Of a stretch of 64,000 nucleotides of DNA, positions 13,241 to 23,652 are shown piece by piece. The stretch's first letter is position 1; each line of letters begins with the position of its first letter. Made by a program: the position numbers and the translations under genes. Source of the DNA: Vulcanimicrobiota bacterium (GTDB lineage: Bacteria; Vulcanimicrobiota; Vulcanimicrobiia; Vulcanimicrobiales; Vulcanimicrobiaceae); contig CAWCIZ010000003.1 in the NCBI GenBank assembly GCA_963795855.1, positions 640,001-704,000 on the forward strand. The letters are read 5' to 3'. The notes below the pieces were generated by a model that was given only the letters and a program-made list of their open reading frames with translations, was not told the origin of the DNA and ran no database searches.

Positions 13241-14020
13241 TCACGGCTCTTCAATAATTTCTTTAATGATGCCATAGGAGGCACCCAACCTCTTTTTGGT
13301 TTCTTCGTCTGGTTCCCAGTTCTGGCCCGACTTGCTGCCGCTATGTTTCTCCTGTGGCTTGATCGTTTTGCCTTGCGCCATCATCGCGAAATAAAATTTA
13401 GCATCGTCGCCGTCTGGCAAAGCATCGGCAATCGCCCGTTTGAGGCCAAGTAATGTGTCTCGCAAATTGCTAACTATGCCCATAAGGCGCTCGTCATCGG
13501 AACAACGCGCAGAATACACCTCGAGCAATGTGTCGTAGTACCAGACAACGCCACCTCGACCGGCTCGCGGATTGAAACGACTCCAAAGCTGTTCTTTAAA
13601 GTTCCTGTAGTCCGTAAGGATAGAACGAGCATTATGCAATTTGTCCGCGGCGCTTACTAGATAGACCGATTTGTCCGTGTTCACACGCAAGTGCTCGATA
13701 TAGCACTCTTTGCGCTCTCTCCACAGTGGCTTTACAGTCGGATCGTCTGTAAGGGCATCGGAACACTCACGTACGATCTCGGCGACCCGATCTCCGAACC
13801 ACCGTCGAATATCAGTCAGGCGTGCCTCACCGCCTTGATCCTCGGCCGCATCATGCAGTAAGGCAGCAATGGCTTCATCTTCGGTGCCGTCAGCATCGAT
13901 GACGATTCCCGCGACGGACAGCAGGTGCCCGACGTACGGAATGCTTGTGCCTTTGCGGACCTGTTTGCGGTGAACTTCGTGTGCGTATACGAGCGCTTTA
14001 TCGAGCCGTTCCGAATACAT
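13241..14020 (-). CDS. HD-domain hydrolase (SpoT/Mesh1-like) with C-terminal extension
   Basis: AHEVHRKQVRKGTSIPYVGH, AALLHDAAED and ADKLHNARS motifs. Confidence 0.88.
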   Translation of the reverse strand: MYSERLDKALVYAHEVHRKQVRKGTSIPYVGHLLSVAGIVIDADGTEDEAIAALLHDAAEDQGGEARLTDIRRWFGDRVAEIVRECSDALTDDPTVKPLWRERKECYIEHLRVNTDKSVYLVSAADKLHNARSILTDYRNFKEQLWSRFNPRAGRGGVVWYYDTLLEVYSARCSDDERLMGIVSNLRDTLLGLKRAIADALPDGDDAKFYFAMMAQGKTIKPQEKHSGSKSGQNWEPDEETKKRLGASYGIIKEIIEEP

Positions 14021-14126
14021 GACGGTAGAAGTATTGGGCGGATGTCACGCTCTAAACCTTCGTAGCCTATGGCTTGCTTCTGGGGCGACTAACGTCGAGC
14101 CGTACATCCAGGCTTAATCCGGACCA

Positions 14127-14984
14127 ATGGAACCAAAGCCAGCATCTGCTCGCGCGCGTTGGCTGGCGTTCTGGATAACACAATCAGCAAGAGGCACTGC
14201 GCACGTCGGAATCAAAAACCCGAGGGGCATGCCGGGCATCGCTTACTATGCTTACTCGCCGCTGCGGTACTTCGAGCCGTTCGCCGACCCTGTGGCAGCG
14301 CAAACCCGCCAGCTGCAGCTGCAAGCACAGCATCCACCCCAGATGCCTTTTTTTGTGGCGCGATTCTACACGTTTGAAGCCGGCGAACGCGTCGTGTTCC
14401 GCAAAAGGAGTGCCCAGCGCAAGAAAGATGAGACAGGCACGGTCGTTGGCCTCGCTAAAAATGGCTTTTATTCAATACGATGCGACATCGACAAAGCGGT
14501 TGAGGAAGTGTCGCCGCCTTTTCTAGAGCCGGAAGAGTTTCCGCGTCGTGCAGTACGCATTGTGGCTAAGATTGAGGTCTATTGCGAACGAAGCACGCGT
14601 GGCGACATCTCCATCGATATAAGGGATCACCCGTGCAAGCGGGAGGAGTGGACGCGGTCATGGCCGATTGATCGGTTTGAATCCAGTTGCATGCATGGCT
14701 CCCCCTTGCGCTTTTCACTCACGCCGCTGGTATATGCGATTGGCGTAGGACGCGATTCGGTCGATTTGCACGGAAGCGGCCACTGCTGCACTTTGGAACA
14801 GCGGAATAGCATATACCCCATCACCGGCTATGCGACGGTATCGGTAGAGTACGCTGACGGCTTCTCACTGCGGGTGCTTTTTCTGTTCGTGACCCCGCTA
14901 GTCGGGCGCGCCTATTTGCCACATAGGCTTTCAGGCGCGTCACGCTGGTGCTCTAGTTCTAATTGTGCGCGTTGGCCAATTTAA
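14127..14984 (+). CDS. Hypothetical protein with a possible SH3/KOW-like segment; 3' half uncertain
   Basis: 285-codon ORF; FEAGERVVF...GTVVG...FYSIRCD resembles a small beta-barrel. Confidence 0.4.
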   Translation: MEPKPASARARWLAFWITQSARGTAHVGIKNPRGMPGIAYYAYSPLRYFEPFADPVAAQTRQLQLQAQHPPQMPFFVARFYTFEAGERVVFRKRSAQRKKDETGTVVGLAKNGFYSIRCDIDKAVEEVSPPFLEPEEFPRRAVRIVAKIEVYCERSTRGDISIDIRDHPCKREEWTRSWPIDRFESSCMHGSPLRFSLTPLVYAIGVGRDSVDLHGSGHCCTLEQRNSIYPITGYATVSVEYADGFSLRVLFLFVTPLVGRAYLPHRLSGASRWCSSSNCARWPI

Positions 14985-15173
14985 TCTATATTGGGTGCAT
15001 TCTTCATTAGATCTTTTTCTTGTGCGCAAATGTCCCGATCAAGCTGCAAAACAACAGGTTGAACGCCTGGACTCAACAGCAAAGGGTCTGGGTGAACGCC
15101 GGTGACTCAAGAACGTTCCCGCCGACAAGACGGCATTCTAAGCCGTTGACGCGTTCCAAAATATTTTGCGATC

Positions 15174-15947
15174 TTATGTATCGATGCGTTCGACCTTTAC
15201 TGACAAGTTGTACTCAAAGAGCTCAACGTCCCGAACCTTGCGACACGCGAGGATCAAATCATCAGATATCGTGCGAGCAATAATTATCCCACGAATGCTT
15301 TTGCCTTCACCGACGTATCCGTTGTCCTCGAGCCATGCCATGTATCGCGCGAGCTGACCCACTACGCGATCGTAGCCGCGCGATACCTTGAGTTCGATAA
15401 CGACCAGATTATGGCGCGCATCGGTCGCTAGAATATCGACGTATCGGCCGCCCACCGGAAATTCAACGCCAGTCGCCCCGTCTCTCTCATACAGCGTCAA
15501 ACCTTGCTCAATCTGGAAGAGATTGGCGGCCAGATAGTTCTTAAGATCGGCCTCGTAAGCAAACTCGCCGTCGGATAGACCCGTTTGCCCGCCTTCTTCG
15601 ACGTCATTATCTTCGTCATCGACATCAAACGTATCGACCGTAGTTGTGCCGTCGGTTCGGACATAGATTGGCGGCGGATCATTCTCGGCATCGTAGAGCC
15701 TTAGCGTATTCCGACCCACTTGAAAGAAAAGATCGTGGCGTTTTGTGGCGTTGTAGTAAACGCGCGTGGGATTGTTCGTCGTTGCCGCTATTGTTTGCGC
15801 CTGAACGGTGCTCGGTTTCACCTTTGGGTATTTATGTCGAAACCATGCGGCAAGGTCGCTCTTAGCGAATACTTGTCCGGCCTTAATGGCTCGATCAGTG
15901 ACGAACTCGCGAAAAATCTCTCTAACTGGACGGTCGTATATAGGCAC
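15174..15947 (-). CDS. NucS-type PD-(D/E)xK endonuclease domain fused to an N-terminal putative DNA-recognition domain
   Basis: EADLKNYLAANL..IE.GL, GVEFPVGGRYVDILATD, VVIELKV, VGQLARYMAW, RGIIIA; acidic linker separates the two domains. Confidence 0.85.
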   Translation of the reverse strand: MPIYDRPVREIFREFVTDRAIKAGQVFAKSDLAAWFRHKYPKVKPSTVQAQTIAATTNNPTRVYYNATKRHDLFFQVGRNTLRLYDAENDPPPIYVRTDGTTTVDTFDVDDEDNDVEEGGQTGLSDGEFAYEADLKNYLAANLFQIEQGLTLYERDGATGVEFPVGGRYVDILATDARHNLVVIELKVSRGYDRVVGQLARYMAWLEDNGYVGEGKSIRGIIIARTISDDLILACRKVRDVELFEYNLSVKVERIDT

Positions 15948-16218
15948 GTTGAACCTTACCCTCGCTAGACATCGATATCATCCATTGGCATCTATTAGGC
16001 GATTCTGTAGCCCAGGCTAAGCCTTTTTTTCGCGATAATGTGATGAACGCCCGACCGTTGGAAGCGACTCCGGGGCACGGATGACCGAGCGCCCAGCGTC
16101 TACTTAAAGTTCTACTTACCGGCTGCAGTAGACCGCATCAAACGGCACTCGGCAATGGGCAAAAACGCCGAAAAATAGCGAAAACGCGTAGAACCTGCAT
16201 CAGCCGGCAGTGCGGAGA

Positions 16219-16247
16219 ACGGGTTCGATTCCCGTTGGCGCTACCAA
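16219..16247 (+). repeat. att-type duplicate of the tRNA-Glu 3' end
   Basis: Identical to 12700-12728; partial similarity continues downstream (GCGTATTTACG in both copies). Confidence 0.92.
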
Positions 16248-17607
16248 AACAGCCGCGTATTTACGGGCGTTTCTGTTATTTAGGGTCCGCGGTGTTGCCA
16301 TTGTGTTGCCCTCACCGATTTGCTCGTTGCCCATGAATTGGTGTTTTTCGAGCGCCGCCCTCACGCGGCCGTCGTTGCTGGCCCGGGAGCGACATGCTCC
16401 TCAACGATGAGTGAGTTAGCGACGCCGTCGTACGATGACTGTACAACGACGCCGATTGCTCCGAAGACGTTTCGGAATATCGTCGCGACGCGGTATGGCA
16501 TGGGGGTCTTGGTATGAATTAGACGTCGGTATCGCCTTGGCTCCAAGGTTAGCGCGCCCGCGACACGGGTTGAATGAATTGGCGGCGACGAACCCGAGAT
16601 TGTACCGGCGAGACGCTAGCGCGAACGGCGCTACAACCACCTCGACGTCTATTGCGGGCCCTGTGCCCGCATTACGAACGTTTCCATCGAGGCCACTAAA
16701 GATATGGAGCGGTCCCTGCGTTCGGTCGGGCAGATCTACATGGCTCTCTATTACACGACACGCTGCATCAACGTACGCGATCGCGCGGGCCAGCTGCCGG
16801 CGCAGATATGTGCGCGATCGCCTCGCGAAGTTTTACGGGCCAGACCAAAAGGCGGCGTCTCATAACGATCTCCCGAACGCGTCTCAATGAATGATGCCGT
16901 CGCGGACAAGCATTCGCGAACGTTGTTCGGCCATCGGGTCGATTCTCATGGCAATCGGCGGCCGCACGCACGTATTCGGCGGCGACGTCGTAGCCGCCCA
17001 ATACTCATCGCAGCCATGCTATGTTGTTGTTATTTACGACCCGCCCGAGTCAACTTCACCTAAAGAACGAGCTGCGGTAAGTTGTCGCGAGGCCGCATAT
17101 AAGTGACGTGCCCGAGGCGCGCCGTCCAACCGCTTATCTGCCGGTAGAACGCGTTGACGAGCGCCTACATCGCAGGTTCCTAGAAACCTCGCCGCTGGCG
17201 AACGGCGCCCGGAGATCTGCATCGAGAACCAGCGTTCGTCTTTACCGCGACGGCTCGCAGAGCCGCCTGATCAAGACGATAGTCACTCGTTCAGCGCTGC
17301 GCGATGACCCTGTGCTTCAGCAGCGCGACGATACATATACGCGCCGTGTCTGAGGCGCCCATAATAGCGCATACCACTTGATGGAAAATACCGCTTCGCA
17401 AATTCACTTGGACGAGTACGTCATTTGGACAAAATTATGAAAGCCCGTTACGAGCTGCTGGACGCGCCGGACGGGGACGTCAGCGCCCTAGGCTTCTAGA
17501 GGTATTGGTTCTACATGCCGGAGTCACACCAGATCGACATAGATTCCGAGGCGGCACGTCGCGGGTAAGACCGTGGCAGACGCTTCGTTGCCCCGAGGAG
17601 CCTGAGT

Positions 17608-18027
17608 ATGGATACGACGCAAGCCGACAGCATCACCCAACGCGCCGCGGGCCGATGGCCGATCGCGCAAAACGTGTTCACCGCCCTACGGCAGAAAGCG
17701 CGTGACGCTGGGTTATATGAGACTTACGGTACCGATTGTATTCAACTGACGCATCGGGCGAGTGGAGCGGTCCTACTTCGACTCCGCGCCAATGGCTATA
17801 TTGAAGTGCCATTCGATAGCATGGCGCAAAATCGAGCGTTGACGGGCAAATCGTTCCAGCGTTCCATTGTTGAGTCGTTGCAGCAAGCCGGCCTCCACAT
17901 CCGCGACGATCAGGCCGGGACATGGCCGCAAATTCCGGCACCCGATATAGACTCAGAATCCCGGATGGAATCGGTGCACGCTCTTCTTATGCGCCTTGTC
18001 ACCCGCGCGGACAGCGTAAAGAGCTGA
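17608..18027 (+). CDS. Hypothetical protein
   Basis: 139-codon ORF with GAGGAG RBS upstream. Confidence 0.6.
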   Translation: MDTTQADSITQRAAGRWPIAQNVFTALRQKARDAGLYETYGTDCIQLTHRASGAVLLRLRANGYIEVPFDSMAQNRALTGKSFQRSIVESLQQAGLHIRDDQAGTWPQIPAPDIDSESRMESVHALLMRLVTRADSVKS

Positions 18028-18314
18028 AGCACGTTTCTACGGCCGTCCCCCGACCGTCAGCGAAACGTCCGGTGTCGTCACGGCGCCCCAAAGGCTCGGC
18101 TGCGGATTTGAGGCGTTTAGTGGCACCACGCCATGCCGTCTGGCCTCTCCTCGGCGTAGTAATATCGCAGGATCTGCGTGCAATATCTACGCACGACAAC
18201 GCTTCGTCGATCCCAGTGAGAAGCGCGACAAAGAATCGAGTGCAGTGCCCGAAGAAGTCACACGCCAGGGCGACATGTGACGGAGTCTGCCGCTCCAAAA
18301 GCGAAGCCATCATC

Positions 18315-19115
18315 ATGATCTATCGTTATGGTGAGATGACCTGGCCGCAGATTCGCGAGGCGGCCGCCCAAGGCCGGCTGGCCGTCGTCCCAATCGCAAC
18401 GATCGAGGATCACGGTCACCATCTTCCCGTCGATACGGATTTGCGGCTTTGCACCGCAGTCTGCGAGCGCGCAGTCGAGCGCGCAGCCGATCGCGCTGTG
18501 CTCGTGCCGGCGATCAATCATGGGTACAGCCCGCATCATATGGACTTTCCCGGTCCGATTACGATCGGAGCCGAGACACTCATTCGCTACGGCGTGGACG
18601 TCTGCAAGAGTTTAGTGCATCACGGTTTCAAACGGATTCTCATCGTCAACGGCCACGGGAGCAACACGCCTTTCGTGGATATTATCGCGCGGCTGACGGT
18701 CGTCGAAACCGAAGCGCTTGCCGCCGGCGTAAATTATTGGGCGGCGCCGGGTGTACGCGAAGCCGCCGAATCACTTCGCGAATCGGAAAAAATCGGTGGG
18801 ATGAATCACGCAGGCGAATTTGAAACATCGATCTACCTCGCGCTGAAGCCGGAACTGGTCGACATGTCCAAAGCAGTGCACGAACTCTCGCACCGCCCTA
18901 GCAAAAATTACTGGACGGATCTCATCGCCGGCGACGGCCCACTCGCAATGATGGAGCATTGGAGCGCGCTTAGCGAAAGTGGAGTCATGGGCGACCCGAC
19001 CAAAGCGACGCCGGAGAAGGGCCACGTTCTGCTGAACGCGGCCGTAAACGGCATCGTGGAGTTGATCGATGAAATGCTCGCCCGCGCTCCGGCAGTTCGC
19101 AAAGACCACCACTAG
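18315..19115 (+). CDS. Creatininase-family amidohydrolase
   Basis: MTWPQI, IEDHGHHLPVDTD, GYSPHHMDFPG, VNGHGSN, HAGEFETS, GVMGDPTKA. Confidence 0.92.
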   Translation: MIYRYGEMTWPQIREAAAQGRLAVVPIATIEDHGHHLPVDTDLRLCTAVCERAVERAADRAVLVPAINHGYSPHHMDFPGPITIGAETLIRYGVDVCKSLVHHGFKRILIVNGHGSNTPFVDIIARLTVVETEALAAGVNYWAAPGVREAAESLRESEKIGGMNHAGEFETSIYLALKPELVDMSKAVHELSHRPSKNYWTDLIAGDGPLAMMEHWSALSESGVMGDPTKATPEKGHVLLNAAVNGIVELIDEMLARAPAVRKDHH

Positions 19116-20727
19116 CCTACTGATTTTTTGTCTCGCGCTGGCGGCGTGTACCCGTACGCACCACGCACTGCCTGGTAAGGGCAACCCGTGGACGCAGCGC
19201 GGAGTCCTGCGGATCGCAAGCGGCGAGACACCCGACAATCTCAACACTCTTCTGGGCACGCAAGTCGTCGATACGGACATCGGCATGTTGTGGGCCGCGT
19301 ACCTGCTGCGTTTCGACGACCGCAATCAGTTCGTTCCCGAACTGACCGTTGCTGTTCCAACGCAAGCGAACGGCGGCATCTCCCGCGATGGATTGCGCAT
19401 CACGTACCACCTGCGCCGCCGGGTAAAATGGCAGGACGGTGCGCCGTTCACTGCCGCGGATGTCATCTACACCTGGCGTCAAATGCTCAGTCCCCGCAAC
19501 GCGGTCGTGAGCCGCGTCGGCTACGATGTCATCTCCCACATAGATGCGCCGAATCCTTACACCATCGTGGTGCATTTGAAGCGGCCGTCCGCGCCGTTCG
19601 TCGCCACGTTTTTTGCACCGGCGAATCACACGAATTGCATTCTGCCCGAGCATTTACTGAAACGCTATCGTGATTTGAATCACGCACCGTACAACGATTT
19701 GCCGGTCGGCACGGGGCCGTTCAAGATCGTCAAGTACGTCCCGGGAGTGCAGATCGAATTCGTCGCCAACGACGCGTATTGGCGAGGAGCGCCGAAGCTG
19801 CGCCGTATCGACTATCGCATCGTCCAGAGTGAAAGCACGCTGCTTACGCTCGTGCAATCCCATGCCGTCGACCTCGATTTTCGCGCCGATGAAAGCCAGG
19901 CGCCGAGTCTGCACGGAATCGCCGGCACGCGCATCGTGCTTACCCCGGAGACGCGCTTCGCCGATCTGGGCTTCAACGCGGGCAGCCCGATTCTAGCGGA
20001 CGTGCGCGTTCGGCGGGCTCTCGCATATGCAACGAATCGCCAACTGCTCATCCAGAGGGTAATGCACGGCGTCGCGATTCCAGCGCATACCGACCAGCCT
20101 CCGTTTTCATGGGCGTACGATCCGCATGTCGTGAATTATGAATACGATCTGCGGCGAGCACGTGCGCTTCTGGACGCAGCCGGCTGGCCCATGGGATCGG
20201 ACGGAATCCGCGTGAGGGGCCGCGAGCCGCTTCGGCTCGAGCTCGTGAGTTTCACCGGCTCTCCGACGATAAATGCAACTGAGGTGCTCCTTCAGCAGAT
20301 GTGGCGGCAGGCCGGCGCCGACGTGTATATCAAGAATTACAATTCGTCGCAGCTGTACTCGACGCTGAGCGCGGGTGGTATAGAGCAGTCGGGAAAGTTC
20401 GACGTCATCGTCGAGAATTGGGCGAATGGCACTGATCCGGATGACAGCATCCTCGTGCGCTGCGACATGGCTCCTCCAAGCGGATGGAACGTCTACCACT
20501 TCTGCAGCAGAGCGCTCGACGCCGCGGAAACGACGGCTACTACCTCATATAATCGTGCCGTGCGAAAAGGCGCCTACGATCGCATTCAATCCATTTTGCA
20601 GCAGCAACTACCGTTTTTCGTGCTCTGGTACGTCCAACAAATCGACGTCGCCAATACAGACTTTCGAGGGTACAAGCCGGCCCATGCGGTGACGCCATTC
20701 TGGAATCCGTGGCAATGGTCGATTTGA
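19069..20727 (+). CDS. Peptide/nickel ABC transporter substrate-binding lipoprotein (family 5); start uncertain
   Basis: LAAC lipobox; SRDGLRITYHLR..VKWQDGAPFTAADV, PVGTGPF, DVRVRRALAYA. Confidence 0.9.
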   Translation: MKCSPALRQFAKTTTSLLIFCLALAACTRTHHALPGKGNPWTQRGVLRIASGETPDNLNTLLGTQVVDTDIGMLWAAYLLRFDDRNQFVPELTVAVPTQANGGISRDGLRITYHLRRRVKWQDGAPFTAADVIYTWRQMLSPRNAVVSRVGYDVISHIDAPNPYTIVVHLKRPSAPFVATFFAPANHTNCILPEHLLKRYRDLNHAPYNDLPVGTGPFKIVKYVPGVQIEFVANDAYWRGAPKLRRIDYRIVQSESTLLTLVQSHAVDLDFRADESQAPSLHGIAGTRIVLTPETRFADLGFNAGSPILADVRVRRALAYATNRQLLIQRVMHGVAIPAHTDQPPFSWAYDPHVVNYEYDLRRARALLDAAGWPMGSDGIRVRGREPLRLELVSFTGSPTINATEVLLQQMWRQAGADVYIKNYNSSQLYSTLSAGGIEQSGKFDVIVENWANGTDPDDSILVRCDMAPPSGWNVYHFCSRALDAAETTATTSYNRAVRKGAYDRIQSILQQQLPFFVLWYVQQIDVANTDFRGYKPAHAVTPFWNPWQWSI

Positions 20728-20927
20728 GGCTACAAGTCGGCCAATAGAGCGCTTGCGCTTTACGCAAAACTCACGAAAAACGCACGGAAACTTGGCATTC
20801 GACGTGCCGTTTGGCTCAGGGCGGGCAAGCGAGCGCCGCCGATTACTTCATTAACACGCGCGAGCGCTTCTCGTCCGGCGTGTTTTGGCTTTTTTGCTAG
20901 GAGGGTTTGCAGTTGCTGGGCCGCGCC

Positions 20928-21572
20928 ATGAACCTTAACGATCTCCGGTTACGCGCGACGAATTTGTTCGTCCTCATCACGTGGATACACGTGCCGGTCG
21001 CAATGCTCATCGCGCTCATCGGACGCAATCCGTGGCTTACGCCGGGCATCGTCGCGCTGGCTGTAGCCGTAGCTGCGACCGTCACCGCGCGCACGCTAAA
21101 AGACGGATTGGCGCTGCGCACGTTGATGGCGATCTTCATGACGTGCGGGCCGATTCTCTTTGTCTACGCCGGCCGCGGGCATAGCAGCGGCTGGTCGGGA
21201 CAAGGCGACTGGCAGATCGACTACCACATGTACTTTTTCGCTATCTACGCGATGCTGACGGCCTACGTCGACTGGCGCCCAATCGCGGTTGCTGCCGCGC
21301 TTACGGCAGTCCATCACTTGATTCTGGATTTGGTCGTACCCGGCAACGTGTTTCCGGAAGAGGGCCTGGATCGTGTGGCCCTGCACGCAATCGCCGTTGC
21401 CGCCGAGTGCGGCGTCCTGTTCTGGATCGTCGGTGCGATCGGTTCGCTCTTCAAGCGCATTGACGGCCTCATGGATTTCATCACGCGCGAAACCGCGGAT
21501 GCCCTACGCAAAGAGCAGGAAGAAAACAACGCGCTGCGCCGCGAATTGTCGCTTGCGAACAGCGGAAACTAG
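20928..21572 (+). CDS. Multi-TM protein resembling an integral-membrane chemoreceptor sensor module; no output domain
   Basis: WQIDYHMYFFA...YVDWRPI...AVHHLIL...VFP...HA motif; short C-terminal coiled coil. Confidence 0.7.
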   Translation: MNLNDLRLRATNLFVLITWIHVPVAMLIALIGRNPWLTPGIVALAVAVAATVTARTLKDGLALRTLMAIFMTCGPILFVYAGRGHSSGWSGQGDWQIDYHMYFFAIYAMLTAYVDWRPIAVAAALTAVHHLILDLVVPGNVFPEEGLDRVALHAIAVAAECGVLFWIVGAIGSLFKRIDGLMDFITRETADALRKEQEENNALRRELSLANSGN

Positions 21573-21654
21573 ATAGTCGGGCCGCAGGTCCTAAGATCTT
21601 CGTGACCCGGCGGCGTGCGGCAAGAGTCTGCTAGCGCGCGGCGTATTCGGAATC

Positions 21655-23652
21655 ATGAGACGCGGGTACGTTGCTGCATTCCTAACTGTTGTTCTTAGCG
21701 TAGCTGCCACTTCCGCGGCATACGCGCAATCGCCCCGGTTGCTGTCGCCCGAAGCATTCCACAACATGGTCGCGGTGAGCGATCCGCAGATATCGCCTGA
21801 CGCAAAAAGCATCGCCTACGTGCGCTCGCGCGGCGATTGGAAACACGATCGCTACGACACCGAACTGATGCTCGTTCCGGTTTCCGGCGGCACGCCTCGC
21901 GTTTTGACCCGCGGGCGTTTCCACGTACACTCGCCGCGGTGGTCGCCGGATGGCAGTCGCCTGGCGTATTTGGCGTCGACCGAAGAGAAGAAGCCGTCGC
22001 AGATTTACGTGCTGCCGATGAACGGCGGCGATTCGCAGCAGATCACCGATGCCAAGGAAGGCGTCACGAGTCTCGCGTGGCGGCCCCGCGGCGATGCGCT
22101 GGCCTACGTAGCTGAAGATGAGCCGGCCGATAAAAAAGCGCTCGAGCATCATCTCGATGCGGTCATCATTACCGATAACGATTACCTCACGGAAAAGGCA
22201 CCGCTTCCGGCGCATCTCTGGCTCGTCGGTGCCGACGGCGCGCATGCCAAACGCTTGAATTCCGGAACGTGGAGCGTAGTCGGAAACTCCGAGCCGGTAT
22301 GGTCGCCAGACGGCGCGCGCATCTACTATCAGCGTCAGCCGGACCCCGTGTTCGCGCACTTCGTCGAACAGACGACGTACGTACACGACATGACGAGCGG
22401 GCGCGAGACTCAGCTTTCCACGAGCGTAACCTCATCGCCGAAGATTTCGCACGACGGGGGCACGATCGCACTATCGATCCCGCGCCACGGCAGTTGGTAT
22501 CTGCAGCACGACGCGGTCGTGCGATCGCTCGCGACCGGCGCCGATGTATTCGACACGCGGTCCGTCGATCGAAACGCACATTGGTTTGCGTTCATGCCCG
22601 GCGACAAAACGCTCGCACTCGCCGTCGCCGACGGCGTACGCAATACGTTATGGATGGTTCCGCAGGCCGGAACGCCGGCGAAACTGGATCTCGGCGTGGT
22701 TGATTTCGCGCCCGGAGCGAGCGTCGGCAATGATGGATCCATCGCGTTCATCGGCCAGCGTCGCGATCGCTTGAGCGAAGTCTATTACCTCGCACCGGGT
22801 GCGCACGAACCGAAACAGCTCACAAATGAGAACACGTGGCTCGAAACGTATCGTGTCGGCAATAGCGTCGAAGTGCGCTGGCCCATCGACAACGGTATGA
22901 TGGCAGACGGCGTGCTGACGTATCCGGTCGGCTACACCGCAGGGCGGAAGTATCCGCTGGTGCTCGACGTGCACGGCGGCCCGGTCGAAACCGCGACGTG
23001 GGATATGGCGGGGCTCGAAGGTGCGGAACTCGCGCAGATCCTCGCCGCCAAAGGTTATCTCGTCTTCCGCCCCAATTATCGCGGCAGCGACAACAACGGC
23101 GATGCATTTCTTCAGGCGATCGTTGGTGACGTTGCGAGTGGTCCCGGCAAGGACAATCTTGCCGGCGTCGAGGCGTTGCGCAAAATGGGCATCGTCGACG
23201 AGTCGCGCATCTTCGTTTCCGGCTGGTCCGGTGGCGGTTTGCAGACGTCGTGGCTCATCGGGCACGCGCACTTCTGGCGAGCCGCGGTCAGCGGCGCAGC
23301 AGTGGATGACTGGTATCAGCAAGCCCTGCTTGCAGACATCAACGAAAACTTCGCCGCAACGTTCTTCGGCGGAACGCTGCCGTTTACGCCTCAGGGCCGA
23401 GCGCAGTACCGCGCCGAATCGCCGCTTACGTACGTCGACAGCGTGCGCACCCCCACGCTAATCTTGAGCGACACGCGCGACCCGCGCGTTCCGGTCTCGC
23501 AAGCATATACGTTCTACCACGCGCTGCGCGATCGCGGCGTGCCGGTGCAATTCACCGCATTTCCGCGCTACGGACATTTCCCAACGGATCCGGTCGGCCG
23601 CGAACAAGTCTACAAAGCGTGGATTGGCTGGATCGAAAGGTGGACGAAGTAA
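21655..23652 (+). CDS. S9-family (acylaminoacyl/dipeptidyl) peptidase, secreted
   Basis: WSPDG propeller repeats; HGGP, PNYRGS, GWSGGG nucleophile, DPRVP, GH. Confidence 0.93.
   Translation: MRRGYVAAFLTVVLSVAATSAAYAQSPRLLSPEAFHNMVAVSDPQISPDAKSIAYVRSRGDWKHDRYDTELMLVPVSGGTPRVLTRGRFHVHSPRWSPDGSRLAYLASTEEKKPSQIYVLPMNGGDSQQITDAKEGVTSLAWRPRGDALAYVAEDEPADKKALEHHLDAVIITDNDYLTEKAPLPAHLWLVGADGAHAKRLNSGTWSVVGNSEPVWSPDGARIYYQRQPDPVFAHFVEQTTYVHDMTSGRETQLSTSVTSSPKISHDGGTIALSIPRHGSWYLQHDAVVRSLATGADVFDTRSVDRNAHWFAFMPGDKTLALAVADGVRNTLWMVPQAGTPAKLDLGVVDFAPGASVGNDGSIAFIGQRRDRLSEVYYLAPGAHEPKQLTNENTWLETYRVGNSVEVRWPIDNGMMADGVLTYPVGYTAGRKYPLVLDVHGGPVETATWDMAGLEGAELAQILAAKGYLVFRPNYRGSDNNGDAFLQAIVGDVASGPGKDNLAGVEALRKMGIVDESRIFVSGWSGGGLQTSWLIGHAHFWRAAVSGAAVDDWYQQALLADINENFAATFFGGTLPFTPQGRAQYRAESPLTYVDSVRTPTLILSDTRDPRVPVSQAYTFYHALRDRGVPVQFTAFPRYGHFPTDPVGREQVYKAWIGWIERWTK

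Larger units (their letters stand above)
12700..16247. mobile_element. Cryptic genomic island integrated at the tRNA-Glu 3' end; no integrase gene seen
   Basis: 29-bp direct repeat ACGGGTTCGATTCCCGTTGGCGCTACCAA at 12700-12728 and 16219-16247; interior visibly more AT-rich than flanks. Confidence 0.85.
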
